From NCBI GenBank assembly GCA_043228905.1, contig JBHGNT010000002.1:6572001-6636000 (forward strand): a DNA stretch of 64,000 nt, given 5' to 3'. The notes below the pieces were generated by a model. The model saw only the letters and a list, made by a program, of their open reading frames with translations, ran no database searches and was not told the DNA's origin. The DNA is from Azolla caroliniana (Eukaryota > Plantae > Polypodiophyta). A program made the position numbers and the translations under genes. Below, in pieces: positions 38,338 through 50,035 of this stretch (its first letter is position 1; every line of letters begins with the position of its first letter).

Positions 38338-38650
38338 GGGAAAAGTACCAAGATACCCCTAGAAGTTCGTCTATTTACCAGAATGCCCCTATAAGTTCCA
38401 AATTTACCAAACTACCCCTATGTCCAAAAAATTACACCTTATAAAGTAATTATACACTCAAATCTACAAGCCCTATTTACCAAAGATCGAAGAAATGGAC
38501 CCAAACTAGCCCTATTTACCAAAGATTTGAGTGTATAATTACTTTATAAAGTGTAATTTTTTGGACATAGGGGTAGTTTAGTAAATTTGGAACTTCCAGG
38601 GGCATTCTGGTAAATAGACAAACTTCCAGTGGTATCCTGGTACTTTTCCC
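38338..38650. mobile_element. Mutator-like (MULE) MITE with ~125-bp terminal inverted repeats
   Basis: GGGAAAAGTACCA...TGGTACTTTTCCC with long TIRs and 9-bp TSD TATTAATAA (38329-38337, 38651-38659). The empty-site sequence ACACAATTATATTAATAAATG is present at ~46420. Confidence 0.93.
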
Positions 38651-38711
38651 TATTAATAAATGGGCGCAAAAAACACAACATACATCACTGTTATACGAAT
38701 AGTGGTACATG

Positions 38712-38910
38712 TCCAATAATCAATAACAAGATAAACACTACATCGATGTCATTGTTACAGAGATAGTGGGACATGATGAATCACCAATAAACAAGATAAA
38801 CACTCCATTGACGTCGATAACCAATAACACGATAAACATTACACCGGTGTCATTATTACACAGATTGTGGGACATGTTGAATCACCAATAAACAAGATAA
38901 ATACTCCATT
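38712..38910. repeat. ~107-bp tandem repeat interrupted by the L1 insertion (resumes at 45231)
   Basis: AATAACA.GATAAACA.TACA.CG.TGTCATT.TTACA.AGAT.GTGGGACATG.TGAATCACCAATAAACAAGATAAA.ACTCCATTGACGTCGA occurs twice; the second copy is split at CTCCATT|GACGTCGA. Confidence 0.85.
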
Positions 38911-39280
38911 ATGTTCAATCAAAACCAGCAAGTGTAAAATAGATGAAGACTCACATTTAAAAGGACATCCATGTGAGAGAGAACGATGGCGGGAGCGCGA
39001 GCAGTAGCAAAGCGTGGAGTGGGAGCAGCAGAACATGGCGCGCAGACAGGGCGAACAGGAGCAGGCGCAGGCGCAGGTGCACGATGAAGAACGCGCGCGC
39101 TGTCCACCAGAGCAGGAGCAGGAGCACAACGCCAACTGTTGTCCAGGTACTCCCACACCCACAATGCTCCCTCCCTCCCCCAACCAGAAAACGCACATTA
39201 ATTAATTAATTAAAAAACACACAAAACAAAGGGGGAAGGGAAGACCAACATAGATAGCCTCGCAAGACACATAACTCGCT

Positions 39281-40750
39281 ATGGAGGGAGGAATCGAGCT
39301 TCCACCAACGACCATTTTGCTCGATGAAGAAGGTGGATCAGATCTCGACATTACGTTGTCCCATGAGGCCAACCGTTTCTTATCGGAGGAAATCGAACGT
39401 CTACGGCGTACCTCCTTCATATGTAGGTTTCTGGCAGGTAGACCAAGTCGGGGAATGGTTCGGGACATGTTCCAGGTGGCTGGGATGGAGAACATGCTTG
39501 TGATCAAGAGTGTCAGGGGTTTAGGGAAAAACTTCTTCCACATCGAATTAGGTAATGGCTCGCTGGCGCAACCACTGGTCGAGCTCAAGGTACTCGAACT
39601 GAAGTACGGCAAGGTGTTGCTCCAGCCATGGTCACCAGGGTTCAATCCGATTGAAGAGTTACGGAAACTCAACAACCCTAGGGTGATCAGCGCAACATTT
39701 CCCGGCCTCCCTCCTCATTTGTGCCATCTGCTCCCTCTTTTTGGTGAACAAATAGGGATGATATGTCCTCAAAAAGTGTCAATGGCAGACACAGTTGCGG
39801 AGGTGCCCAAGTTGCGCATCTTGGTGCCTTCCCTCCAAGGACTTCCATCAAGGATTAGACTCTACTCTGAGGAGCTAGGTCTCACAGTGGTGAAAGTGGT
39901 TTACGAGGGACTCTCGGGGCAATGTTTCATTTGCAAACAGATAGGACACCTAGCTAAGGTGTGTCCTCGCAAGATTGGAAAGGGAGGCTTGGGACCTCGA
40001 CCCTCGGGAAAAGTCGGGCCAACCAAGGGTGACGAGGCTCCTTGGATACCCGTTAAGAAGAAGGGGAAACTTGGAGGCCTAGGTGCATCCTCTTCCACCC
40101 TTTTTCGTGACCACCCCTTTGAAAGAAGTCCCGCTACCTTGTCACCAGCAAGCGCGAACGAGCAACCCTTGAAATGGGTAAAGATCCTCTTCGGGAGTGC
40201 TGATGCACCCGACCTACAGGTGAGAGCTACCAACAGATTTACACCTCTTCAAGGGTTAGGGGATGGCGACCCAGAAGCATTGGCAGCAAGGTTGTCCCCA
40301 TGCGACTCCTCATGCCTTTCCCCACGAGAGCCTGAACTTGTGTTCTCTACCCCGATGGAGATGCAACCCCAACTCATATCGTCCACCCCGGAAGAGAAGT
40401 TGGCAAAGGCCCCCCTCCCGCTGGAACGTGAAGGTGGTAGTGGCCTAAGATTAGTGAAATCGTGGATCCGGACGGGCAAGCTCAAGGACAAGGGAAAGGG
40501 TAAGATAGGCCGACCAACACTTGGTTTGGCGACGACTCTCTTAGATAGAGGAATGCAAGAGGTGCCACCATTTCAGAGCACAAATGTATTGCGGGATCTA
40601 TTTGAAGCAGGTCGGGAACAACCGACTGAGAATCCCGTAGGGGATTTGCAGCCTACTGTGGAGACCATACCCCCCGAAATAGGTGTTAGGTTGCCCCTTA
40701 ACATGGGGATCGGCCCGAACATGGGCGTCAGCGTCACCGCTTTCGGATGA
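39281..40750 (+). CDS. L1 ORF1 protein (DUF4283/RRM-like region plus CCHC zinc knuckle), intact, 489 aa
   Basis: LGKNFFHIEL...LQPWSPGFNP and CFICKQIGHLAKVC; open for 489 codons. Confidence 0.9.
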   Translation: MEGGIELPPTTILLDEEGGSDLDITLSHEANRFLSEEIERLRRTSFICRFLAGRPSRGMVRDMFQVAGMENMLVIKSVRGLGKNFFHIELGNGSLAQPLVELKVLELKYGKVLLQPWSPGFNPIEELRKLNNPRVISATFPGLPPHLCHLLPLFGEQIGMICPQKVSMADTVAEVPKLRILVPSLQGLPSRIRLYSEELGLTVVKVVYEGLSGQCFICKQIGHLAKVCPRKIGKGGLGPRPSGKVGPTKGDEAPWIPVKKKGKLGGLGASSSTLFRDHPFERSPATLSPASANEQPLKWVKILFGSADAPDLQVRATNRFTPLQGLGDGDPEALAARLSPCDSSCLSPREPELVFSTPMEMQPQLISSTPEEKLAKAPLPLEREGGSGLRLVKSWIRTGKLKDKGKGKIGRPTLGLATTLLDRGMQEVPPFQSTNVLRDLFEAGREQPTENPVGDLQPTVETIPPEIGVRLPLNMGIGPNMGVSVTAFG

Positions 40751-43700
40751 GGATCCTAACGTGGAATGTACAGGGCCTTGGTGGAGGCCGACAACACCAA
40801 GAGTGCCGAAGACTTCAGGAGGAGCTGAATCCCCTTAATATAGGGGGCCATATTGACATATTGCTTTTGCAGGAACACCACCTCTCGCAAGAGTGAACTC
40901 AGAGCTTAGTAAACCCCTTGTCAGGTGGGTGGACCACATGGTGGTCAGCTGCACAAGGTGACCTCCACCGAAGAGGAGGGGTCTGCATCTCGATCAGCGA
41001 TAAGGCCCAATACGAAGTAACATCATCTGGCACACTGGTGGAGGGTCGGGCCTTATACGTGCTTCTGAAATGGAATCACCTACAGGTTGGGGTGCTAAAC
41101 ATTTATGCCCCTAACTCAGCCCCTGAGAGAGCAATCTTTTAGAGGATGTTAGCGACAACATTACCTGATGCCGAGGCTTGGCTAATGGCAGGTGATTTCA
41201 ACATGACTGAACACCTGGGAGATAGGAAAGGAGGGACCCAGAGGCCTATTTATGGTGCGGAGCTGAATTCATGGGCTTTCCTAATTGGCAAAATCGGGGT
41301 GAAGGATACATGGGGCTCTTCCCTTAGGAGAAGCTCACATTCACTGCACTTTTCCAGAGCTGTCGGGAATGCTAGGGGCGGTAGTCTTGCACGGCTTGAT
41401 CGCATATACATCAGCTCATCGCTCGAAGAGCTTGGGGGCGCCTTTGCTATCTTGGCAGGTCTTACCTTTTCAGATCATCAACCGGTGAGACTAGACCTTA
41501 ACCCACCCAACGATGGCAAGGGCAGTCTCAATGTGAAGATCCCCACAAAGATCATGAAGAGTGAAGAGGTGAAGGCCGGTTTACAAAGTATATGGCAGGA
41601 CACCATGGGCAATGAATCAGCCAGCGAAGATTTGCAAAAAAATTTGGCCCTCTCCTCCTCCTTACAACAGGAGACCAAGCACGCCCTCTAGCAGGTTAGA
41701 GCCATTGAAACAAAATTAAGGAAGGTCGTTGCGGCAGCGCAACGACTGCTACAGGTAGACCCTGGTTGCACTTGGTCTAGAGCTAAGCTGGAGGAAGCAA
41801 AGATGAAGGTACAGGAAAGGACTTTAGAGAAGAACCGAATGTTGTTTCGAAGAAATGCAGCATGGTGGGCTAGAAAACACGACAAGGTCAACCGACATTT
41901 CTTTCACTACAAGGCACCCAAGGGTGGTGGTGGACGTATACAAGGGTTGCGAAAACCAGATGGCTCGATAACGGAGGACAAGACTGAGATTCTGGAAATG
42001 GCAACACAATACTATCGTGACCTCCTCGCACCTATGCAGGTGAGGCAACACACGGAGCTGGCTGATCGAGTGATGTCTTGCATTCACCCCAAGGTAACCC
42101 AGGCGATGGAAGTTGTGCTCGATAGCCCCATCTCTCGTTTAGAACTCTCGGAGGCGCTTAGGGGATTGCGAAGGGGTGCATGCCCAGACCCCAATGGTCT
42201 CTCACGAGATTTCTTCGAGATTCATTGGGAATGTGTCATCCCGTCTTTTGAAGCCGGAGTTTCAGAGATTTGGTCCTCAAGAAAGATGCCAATTGGTTTG
42301 GCTGAGGGGATGATATATCTCATCCCCAAAGCATCAGAGCGAAGCCTAGAGTTGCGCCAATGGCGTCCAATCATGATCCTTAACACGGCATACAAGATAC
42401 TCGCTAAAGTCCTAGCTCGGCGGTTAGCAAGCTTCTTACCGGACATCATACATGACAATCAAACTGGATTAGTCAAGAACAGATGTATCTTTGATAATGT
42501 GGTGCTTCTTTGGGAAGTTATGGCATTGGCCGGCCGCTCCGTATCGAGCTCGGCTATTCTGATGTTAGACTTCGAGAAGGCCTACGACCGGGTGTTATGG
42601 CCCTTTTTGGAAAATGTGATGCGAGCTTTGGGCCTACCTCAAAAATGGAGGAATTGCACTTCTGCACTCTACCGGACAGCTACGAGTAGCGCGCTGTTGG
42701 CTGGTTCTAGGGGACCTGCCTTCCAACTACAACGCTCAGTGAGGCAAGGTTGTCCCCTAGCCCCATATCCTATCTCTTTGTAACTGAGGCTTTCTCCGCC
42801 TACTTACAAGCACCAACCAGCGGGCTGCGGGGATTGCCCATCCCCAATGCGACTGAAGATTTGCTATTATCTGAATATGCCGACGATACGGTTCTTTTCT
42901 TGCAAGGTGATGAGGAGAATCTGCAGTGGGCTGAACATCTTGTCGAGGACTTTTGTCAGGCGGCTGGTGCCAAGATCAATTGGAATAAAACCCAAGGCCT
43001 ATGGTTCGGCGAACAAGAGAAACCAAGATGGCAACCCCATGCCGATTTTATGTGGGTCCCTAATGGGACGACGTTCAAGTACCTTGGATTTACGATGGGG
43101 AGGTCAATCCCCAAGGGAGCGGAATTGGCCCACGTACAAGCCAAAATAAACAGGAAGTTGACCTAATGGAGTAGATCTAAACTATCCTTCGCTAGTTGGG
43201 TCCTTGTTGCGAACCAAGTGTTGCTCACTACCATGTGGCACTCAGTCTCCTGCTGGATTATGGACCTTGCAGGTCTTCACGCGATTAAGGCTGCCATCAA
43301 GGGGTTTATATGGTCAGGTAAGGACAATCCAAGGGCTGCTGCCAGAGTGTCATGGTGTTGGTTAACGCAACCGCGGGCCAAAGGGGGGCTTGGCCTCATA
43401 GACCCCTTAATGCAAAGTTGTTCATTGCTGGCTAAAATGGTGGTTCGCTGCCTCCTGCCAGGTAAGGGGTGCTGGAAGGTACTACTTCGCAACAGGCTGC
43501 AAGCAGGGACTCCCAAGTATGGTAGGCCTTGGCCCGACTCACTGAATTGGTGCTGCACGAGCGGAGTCCCACCCAAGCTAGCTTGCCATCCGGAGGACAG
43601 GGTCGCGAACTCCATCTTGCGGGCATGGTGCCATCTACGACAGCATTTGGTCAAACACACCCCGGAGACATTGACCGAATGGACTAGAAAGCCACTATTC

Positions 43701-45024
43701 TGGAATCCTCACGTGCGAACAAGTGACGACACGATGCTAGGGCAACTTAAGGGCCTAGCATGGGGAAAGCTGGCACAAACAGGCCTCCTATCTATAGACG
43801 ATTGGAGACGCGTGGCTGTTTCAGGAAGAGCCCAAGAGGACCTTTTCCCTCCCCTCAAGGGAGCTACGAAAATGCGGAGACTGATAGCTGAGGCAGTTGA
43901 CAGGGTTCCGATGGGGGAGGCGAGAGAACCTGCATGGTTTGGTCTCTTTGACGAGGTTGGAATAGTCAAGTCGCTAAAGGGTGTGAGCGGATCGGGGAGA
44001 GATACAATTTTTGGGGACAGTCAGAGCATGGGCTCTTGGCACCCAATCCGAGTGGTGGCACAGGTTGACAACATCTGGAAGACAGACCCGGATGTTGCTA
44101 AGGTGGAACCCCATTGGAGGTTAAGGGTATATGGCTGTCGCCCCCTTGTCGATCTGGATTGGGACCCAGGGGATTTCAAATGGAAACATGATGATAGACT
44201 CCATCACTTCTTCGATTACACCACTAAATTGGGTCGGACTTTGCAGTTGCAGCTGGGCAGCCCCCTTCGCAATGGCTGGCGAACATTGGGCATCCCCAAT
44301 GAGGCGCTCATTACCTTTTGGAAAGGTCTCTGGCGCCTCCACATGCCTGAAAAGATCAAGCTCTTTTGGTGGCAGATCGGTCATAATGTGGTGCCCGTTG
44401 GTGAATGGCTAGGTAAACGCGGCAGCCCATTAGAATGCCCACTGTGCTCTCGACCTATTGAGACTCTGAGACATTGTCTGTGGGATTGCCCTCAAGCTCA
44501 AAAGATCTGGGATAGAGTGACTCGCCTCCTTGCGGCATGTGAAGTTGAAGGAACAGCCTCGTGGAGCGCTGCGGCATGGATTGGTCACTCAGTCGAAGGG
44601 TGGACGGACACAGTCAATGCGGATAGCTGGTGCTATGTATGCACGAGGCTTGCGGCCCGCATCCCCTAGGTTTCCAGAAATCTGGATGCTGATCACAGGT
44701 TTCACCTTGTGGTACATATGGAAAGCGCGTTGCCTCAAGGTTTTCCAAGGTATGGTACGGCCCCCGGAGGAAGGGATCATGGACATATGGTTCGCGATTA
44801 TCAGCTGCCTACGAGGGCAACTGGAAGAGATTTGTAGCCACTCCAACGACGTGATTTCTGCCCGGTTGCGCTTTTGCCAGAAATGGAGGAACACACCTAT
44901 GGTGATGCAAGGCGGGAGTGGCCCGAGGTGGAATTACCAGCCCCCACGCTGGTTCTTTCCTACTCACCTGCCACCCTCTCTTCGTTGTAGGCCCCAAGAG
45001 CCGACTCATACTAGGCAACATTGA
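40747..45024 (+). pseudogene. L1 ORF2 (APE endonuclease, reverse transcriptase, zf-RVT) with a few stops and frameshifts
   Basis: MRILTWNVQG, LLQEHH, NIYAPN, AGDFN, RLDRIY, SDH; WRPIMILNTAYKILAK, LDFEKAYDRV, VRQGCPLAPY, YADD, YLG; CPLC..ETLRHCLWDC; WYIWKARC. Confidence 0.93.
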
Positions 45025-45254
45025 AGGGCACCGCCTTAGATATAGGTAGCTTCTTACATTAAGTTAGGCCGCAAGGCATTGTAAGTAGGCTCATCTTCTT
45101 TTACTTGATCGGAGGAAGACTCCCCGATGTGTGTATAAGTCTCCTTGTAGACTCTCTATGTACTAATCATTCCTAACTAATGGGAAAGTAGCTTCATTTT
45201 GAAAAAAGAAAGAAAGAAAAATACTCCATTGACGTCGAAAGAGATAAACCATGC

Positions 45255-46385
45255 ATTATGTACAACAATGAGTCACTTGAATGCCACATGGAAAGCTTCA
45301 AATATCTTGGCCTTAAAGTTCCTTCAAATCGTAGATGGAATGAATTTGCTACACGCTGCTTAGAGGCGGGTAAGTAAGCATACTATGCATTTGAGAACAC
45401 ATGCAATCTTAGAGATATTAAGTGTTGGGTCCTTAAGAAATATCTTTTCGACACTTTGGTGACATCGGTTCTTCTCTATGGGGTGGAAGTATGGGGCGAT
45501 AACATCCCTAAATCTACGTGGAAAGAGTTTGAAAATGTCCAAAAACATTTTCTTACAAAGTTTCTAGAAGTTAAGAAACAAACGCCCTACACCCTCGTCC
45601 TCCTTGAGACGGGATCGCTTCCCATTGAGATCATGGCCATGGAAAGGGTTGTTGAATACATGCTAAAGGTTCAAAAAAGTCCCTCACATCGACTTCCTAG
45701 AATTGCGTGGGAAGCAAGCAAAAAGATCCAAAAGACGCATAAAAGCAAAATTTTGTGTTCCGGTTGGATGCAAGATATAGAAAAATGGTTTGGTAGATGG
45801 GATGTGAGACACTTGCTTCATGATGCATAATTAGATTCTTCTGTAAATGAGGCATTTTTGCAACGCCAATGTATCATGACATGGGACAAATGTGGAGGCT
45901 CACGCTTCACACATTATACTACACATGTTGCACCTAACTACAAAACCATATTTTTCACGAAACAGGGAAACCGTACACGTCGATACATGTCAGAGCCCAT
46001 ACCGTTATCTGCCATTCGAACCATTGCTTCCCTGTGACTTAGCTCACATGCATTGCAATGTGAGACGGGGCGTTGGGGCACAAGTGATGAGAGTGGCCGG
46101 TTATGCACACTTTGCCCTAAACAAGTTTGAGAGTTTGAGTATCACACTTTGATACAATGCTCTGCCTTTGATAATATTCGATCATGCTTTCCACATCTCT
46201 TCGACGGAGCCCAATCCTTGCACAAATTTCTCTCACAACCACAATGTGCACTCTCGATTGCAACATTCATTCGTAAAGTTTTTGAACATCGAGAGCTGCT
46301 ACTCACTTTCACACGTATCACGTGAAATGTAATATTTTTGGTCTCATAGGTCATATTTGACCTCCGAAGACGATAATATAATCTA
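45255..46385 (+). mobile_element. 5'-truncated RTE/RTEX-like LINE (RT thumb plus C-terminal Cys/His finger and 3' stem-loop)
   Basis: ESFKYLG, LFDTLVTSVLLYGVEVWG, ETGSLPIE, HRLPRIAW, SSHALQCETGRW...LCTLC...HTLIQCSAF; 3' end shared with 52609 and 57882. Confidence 0.8.
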
Positions 46386-46410
46386 TCTCTCTCTCTCTCT
46401 CTCTCTCTTT

Positions 46411-46969
46411 GGTGAAAACACACAATTATATTAATAAATGTGTGTAAAAAACACTACTTACAATATGTGTGACAATGGAGTATGGTCACCCATCAACTAC
46501 ACTACACGGGTAGTGGAACATGTTGAATTGCCAATAGGCAAGATGAACACTCCACTGAGGAAAGAATTCCCTCAGTAAAGAAAATTGCCACATTAGTACT
46601 CCCTTCAATTTTCGTATATATGCTTTCACTCCATGTCTACCGTTGAATACAAAAGTGTTGCGCATTTTCCAAGTATGACGCAATCCCCAATATCTTAGAA
46701 ATAGAAAAACGATCTCCATCTTTGATTTTGGGTCAACTTGTGTAAATTGTGCAAACACCCACTGTCTAGGTGTCAAATAACACCGTGATAAAACTTGCCA
46801 AATTTGAGAAATGTAACTCCAAATCTAACAAGCAATCAGACATTGTATAAATCGATGAGTACTATCTTCCATTTGAATAGTGCAAAAGAAACAATTACCC
46901 GTTGCTCATCCACGACGCTTTAGAGCTAATCCCAAAGGCAATCCTTCAATCAAAACTCTCCAAATGAAG

Positions 46970-46970
<1 letters not shown>
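46411..46970 (-). mobile_element. 5'-truncated L1-type LINE 3' end flanked on both sides by (TC)n
   Basis: zf-RVT-like GNCFFCTIQMEDSTHRFIQC and WGLRHTWKMRNTFVF; (TC)n at 46385-46408 and 46972-47026. Confidence 0.75.
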
Positions 46971-47028
<58 letters not shown>

Positions 47029-47761
47029 TATGAAAACACACAATTATATAAGTAAATGTGTGTGAAAAACATTACAATAATACCACAACCTAGTAGTGTT
47101 ACCTCCATACAGGTAGTGCGACATGTTACATTGTCAATAGGTAAGATGAACACTCTACCGAAGAAAGAATTTCAACTTGCTTCAATAAACAAAGTTGCCA
47201 AATCAATACTCCATTCAAATTTTGTCGACATGTCGTAACTCTATGCTTACCATCAAATACAAAAGCTTGGTGCCTATCCCAATTTTGATGTAATCCCCAA
47301 TATTATAGAATTAGGAAAATGGTTTGCATCTCTAATTTAGGATTGACTTGTGTGGTCAATTGTGCAAATGCACATTGTCTTGGTATCAAATAACAATGCA
47401 ATAAAACATACCAAACTTGAGATGTGTATCTGACCAACAATAGTACATTGTACGAAACGATGAATACTTCTTTGTCCATGATAGCAACGCTAAATAATAT
47501 AATATCATGGGTTCCATTATGCATTGTACAACATTAAGACGTACATGAAATGGCCAATATTGTGCCTTTCAACACATGAACTTATCCCGCAATTTGCTAG
47601 TCATCCATTCAATCAATTGGGCATTTGTACCATTCACTCCTAATGGATACCCCACTGCCCAGGTGCATTAAAATTGTATCCACTTGATCAACTATGAAAT
47701 CTACATTCTGTTCATGACCAAAGAGGAATGTGCACAATACATCCAACCATATCATTAGGGT

Positions 47762-48412
47762 TGACGGGAACTGGTCGTTCCTTATGCGCAACGCTCGGCC
47801 ACAACCAAGCTTAGAATGATACACAGAAAACGGGAAATAAGATGCGACACAAAGAAGAAGAAAATAAAAATAAAAATACACAGAAGGTTTACGTGGAAAA
47901 CCCCAAACTAGGGGAAAAACCACGGCAGCCCACAGGCTGCAAACTGTCACTATGTAAGAATGTATAGGCAACGACCTCGGACTCACGATCTTCGCCACAG
48001 GCGGCGGTTACAACAGAGGCAACGACCTCTTTCTCTCTCTCTCTCTGTACAACGTTACGTACTCTCTCTTCTTCTTTCACCAACAAGAAGAATGACAACA
48101 ACCAACCCCACTAAAAGTTTGCCGTAAGTCATATTTATACTAATATGACTTTTCGGCTATTTACAAATATAGCCACGGTGGGCTCTTCAAAAAACATATT
48201 TACGAATATGTCTCTTCATCCGGAGAGCATTCCTCATCGGGTCTGCATCATCCGGCTCTCCGTAGCCGGGTACTCCTCATCCGGTCTTCACCGGGTCTAC
48301 ATCATCCGGCTCTCCGTAGCCGGGTACTCCTCATACGGTTTCGGCCTCGGCCGAGTTTGTTCATCAGCACTGTTCTTTTCTCTTCCCATCCGGAGGGACC
48401 TATCTCCCAACA
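47762..48412 (-). mobile_element. Solo LTR (651 bp), Ty1/copia-type
   Basis: TG...CA termini, 5-bp TSD AGGGT (47757-47761, 48413-48417), minus-strand TATAAATA near 48135, U5-like GTGGTTTTTCCCC...GGGTTTTCCACGTAAA and an internal ~54-bp tandem duplication. Confidence 0.9.
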
Positions 48413-48550
48413 AGGGTGTGCTCTAATTACCCCACATCTCATAAACATTTGTAGGCCAAGTAACTCCTCAAACTAATGAACAAGTATTGCAATTTTTGTA
48501 GCTAGATCTACTATAAATTCATCTTTGTCATGTCATAGTGACATAAAATA

Positions 48551-48624
48551 CATAGTCATGGTGAGGATTGAACCTGCAACCTCACCTCAACAAGATGTCA
48601 TGCTAAACCATTTTGATATGAGCA
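48551..48624 (-). promoter_or_regulatory. tRNA-like Pol III A/B-box module inside LTR U3 (second copy ~50101-50171; diverged equivalent ~5165-5245 on +)
   Basis: Minus strand reads GCTCATATCAAAATGGTTTAGCATGA-CATC-TTGTTGA-GGTG-AGGTT-GCAGGTTCAATCCTC: D-loop-like TGGTT, a 7-nt loop with GTT, a variable region and a GGTTCAATCC B-box. Confidence 0.6.
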
Positions 48625-49461
48625 TGTATTTATATATGTTTAGTATTATATAATCTAGGTAATAATACAATCCAAAATATTCTACTCTTTAGTCTATTCT
48701 ATGATATATTCCAGAGATATTTCTCAGGTATATTCTAGAGATATTCAATCTCAGAACTTGTATAAATACGTGCGTTCACCTAGATTACAATCAAGGTGAA
48801 AAAAACTAGTTACGGAGTCTTTCAATTCATCAATTCATCCATTCAATTCTTTTCTAGTCTTTTGTGCATATTATCTATTCGTGACAGTTTATTCACCTTC
48901 CACTGGAAGCATCGCCCGTGTTCGTCATCGCCCTTGCTTCCAGAGTTACCAACATCACCGTCCTTGCTTCCAAAGTCGCGTCCTCATCATCATTGTCTTC
49001 GTTGCCCTGTCTTCGACATCATCATTTTTAGCACCTCTTGTTGTCTTCATCAACGTTACGTCACCAAACCTTCATCTTCGTCAACACTACTTTGCTTGGT
49101 CGATCATTATCGTTATCATTGTCATTGTCATCATCTAGAGGTATCATTTTGTATCACAATTTTGGTGAGGATTGATTTCAATCACTCACCTTTCCAGTTC
49201 CATTGGGGGTTACAACTGCTCACTTTCCTTGTGGGATAGAATCATTTCTCACTTGCACTCCATTTTCATTTTGGTCCACACTTCGCTCCAGTTTCCTTTG
49301 ATTAGTTCCGGTGGGGGTCACAACCGCTCACATTCTTGGTGAGGATCGCATCGGTTTCTCACTAGCGCTACCGTTTGTGTCGTGTTTTGGGTCAACCTCG
49401 ACTATTTACCCTCTCATGTTAGAAGAAGTCGAGTTGACCACTTCACCTGCACTCCTTTATT

Positions 49462-50035
49462 CGTTGGTGTTCCAGTTCTCGTGGAGGATTGCACATGGTC
49501 GTTCATGCTCGTTGGTGTTCTAGTTCCCGATGAGGACCGCACATGATCGCTCACGCCTGTTGGTATTCCAATTCCCGATGATGATTGCACATGTCCGCTC
49601 ACGTTCATTGGTATTCCAATTCCCAGTGAAGACTACACATGTTCGCTCATGCCCATTGGTGTTACAATTCTCGATGAGGACCCCACATGGTCACTCACAC
49701 GCAATGATGTTCCAGTCTCAATGAGAACCTCACATGGTCGCTCACCTCCGTTCGTGTTCCAATTCCCGGTGAGGGCTGCACATGGCCACTCATGCTCGTT
49801 GGTGTTCCTGTTCCCGGTGAGGATTGCACATGGTCGCTCACACCCATTCATGTTCTTGTTCTCAGAGAGGACCGCACATGGTCCCTCACGCCCATTGGTG
49901 TTCGTGTTCCTGATGAGGACCACCCATGGTCTCTCGCGCTTGTTGGTGTTCTAGTTCCTGTTGAGGATCGCACATGGTCATTCACGCCTGTTGGTGTTCC
50001 AATCTCCGGTGTGGACAACACATGGTTGCTTATGA
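49462..50035 (+). repeat. 48-bp tandem array (~12 copies) inside the non-autonomous element
   Basis: Consensus approximately (C/T)GTTGGTGTTCCAGTTCCCGATGAGGACCGCACATGGTCGCTCACGCC; reads VGVPVPGEDRTWSLTP-like 16-aa repeats in one frame. Confidence 0.93.

Larger units (their letters stand above)
38911..45218 (+). mobile_element. Full-length L1-clade LINE (~6.3 kb)
   Basis: 12-bp TSD AAATACTCCATT (38899-38910, 45219-45230), A-rich tail from 45202, GC-rich 5' UTR, ORF1 plus ORF2. Confidence 0.95.

Noticed and set aside
38935-38985. Hammerhead ribozyme at the L1 5' end (GATGAAGA-stem-GAGAA)
   Set aside because: Lacks the CUGANGA/GAAA core and closing stems.
48551-48624. Functional tRNA-Asn(GTT) gene
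   Set aside because: Acceptor and D stems do not pair properly and the sequence sits inside LTRs, so it is treated as a tRNA-derived module.
48790-48802. GGTGAA(C/A)A as the true LTR end, giving 277-bp LTRs
   Set aside because: Homology with the 4859-5248 element continues to CGTGACA plus the PBS. The 3' LTR is simply truncated, which also explains the missing TSD.
49462-50035. Regularly spaced repeats resembling a CRISPR array
   Set aside because: Units are contiguous 48-bp tandem copies without unique spacers, inside a eukaryotic LTR element, with no cas genes.
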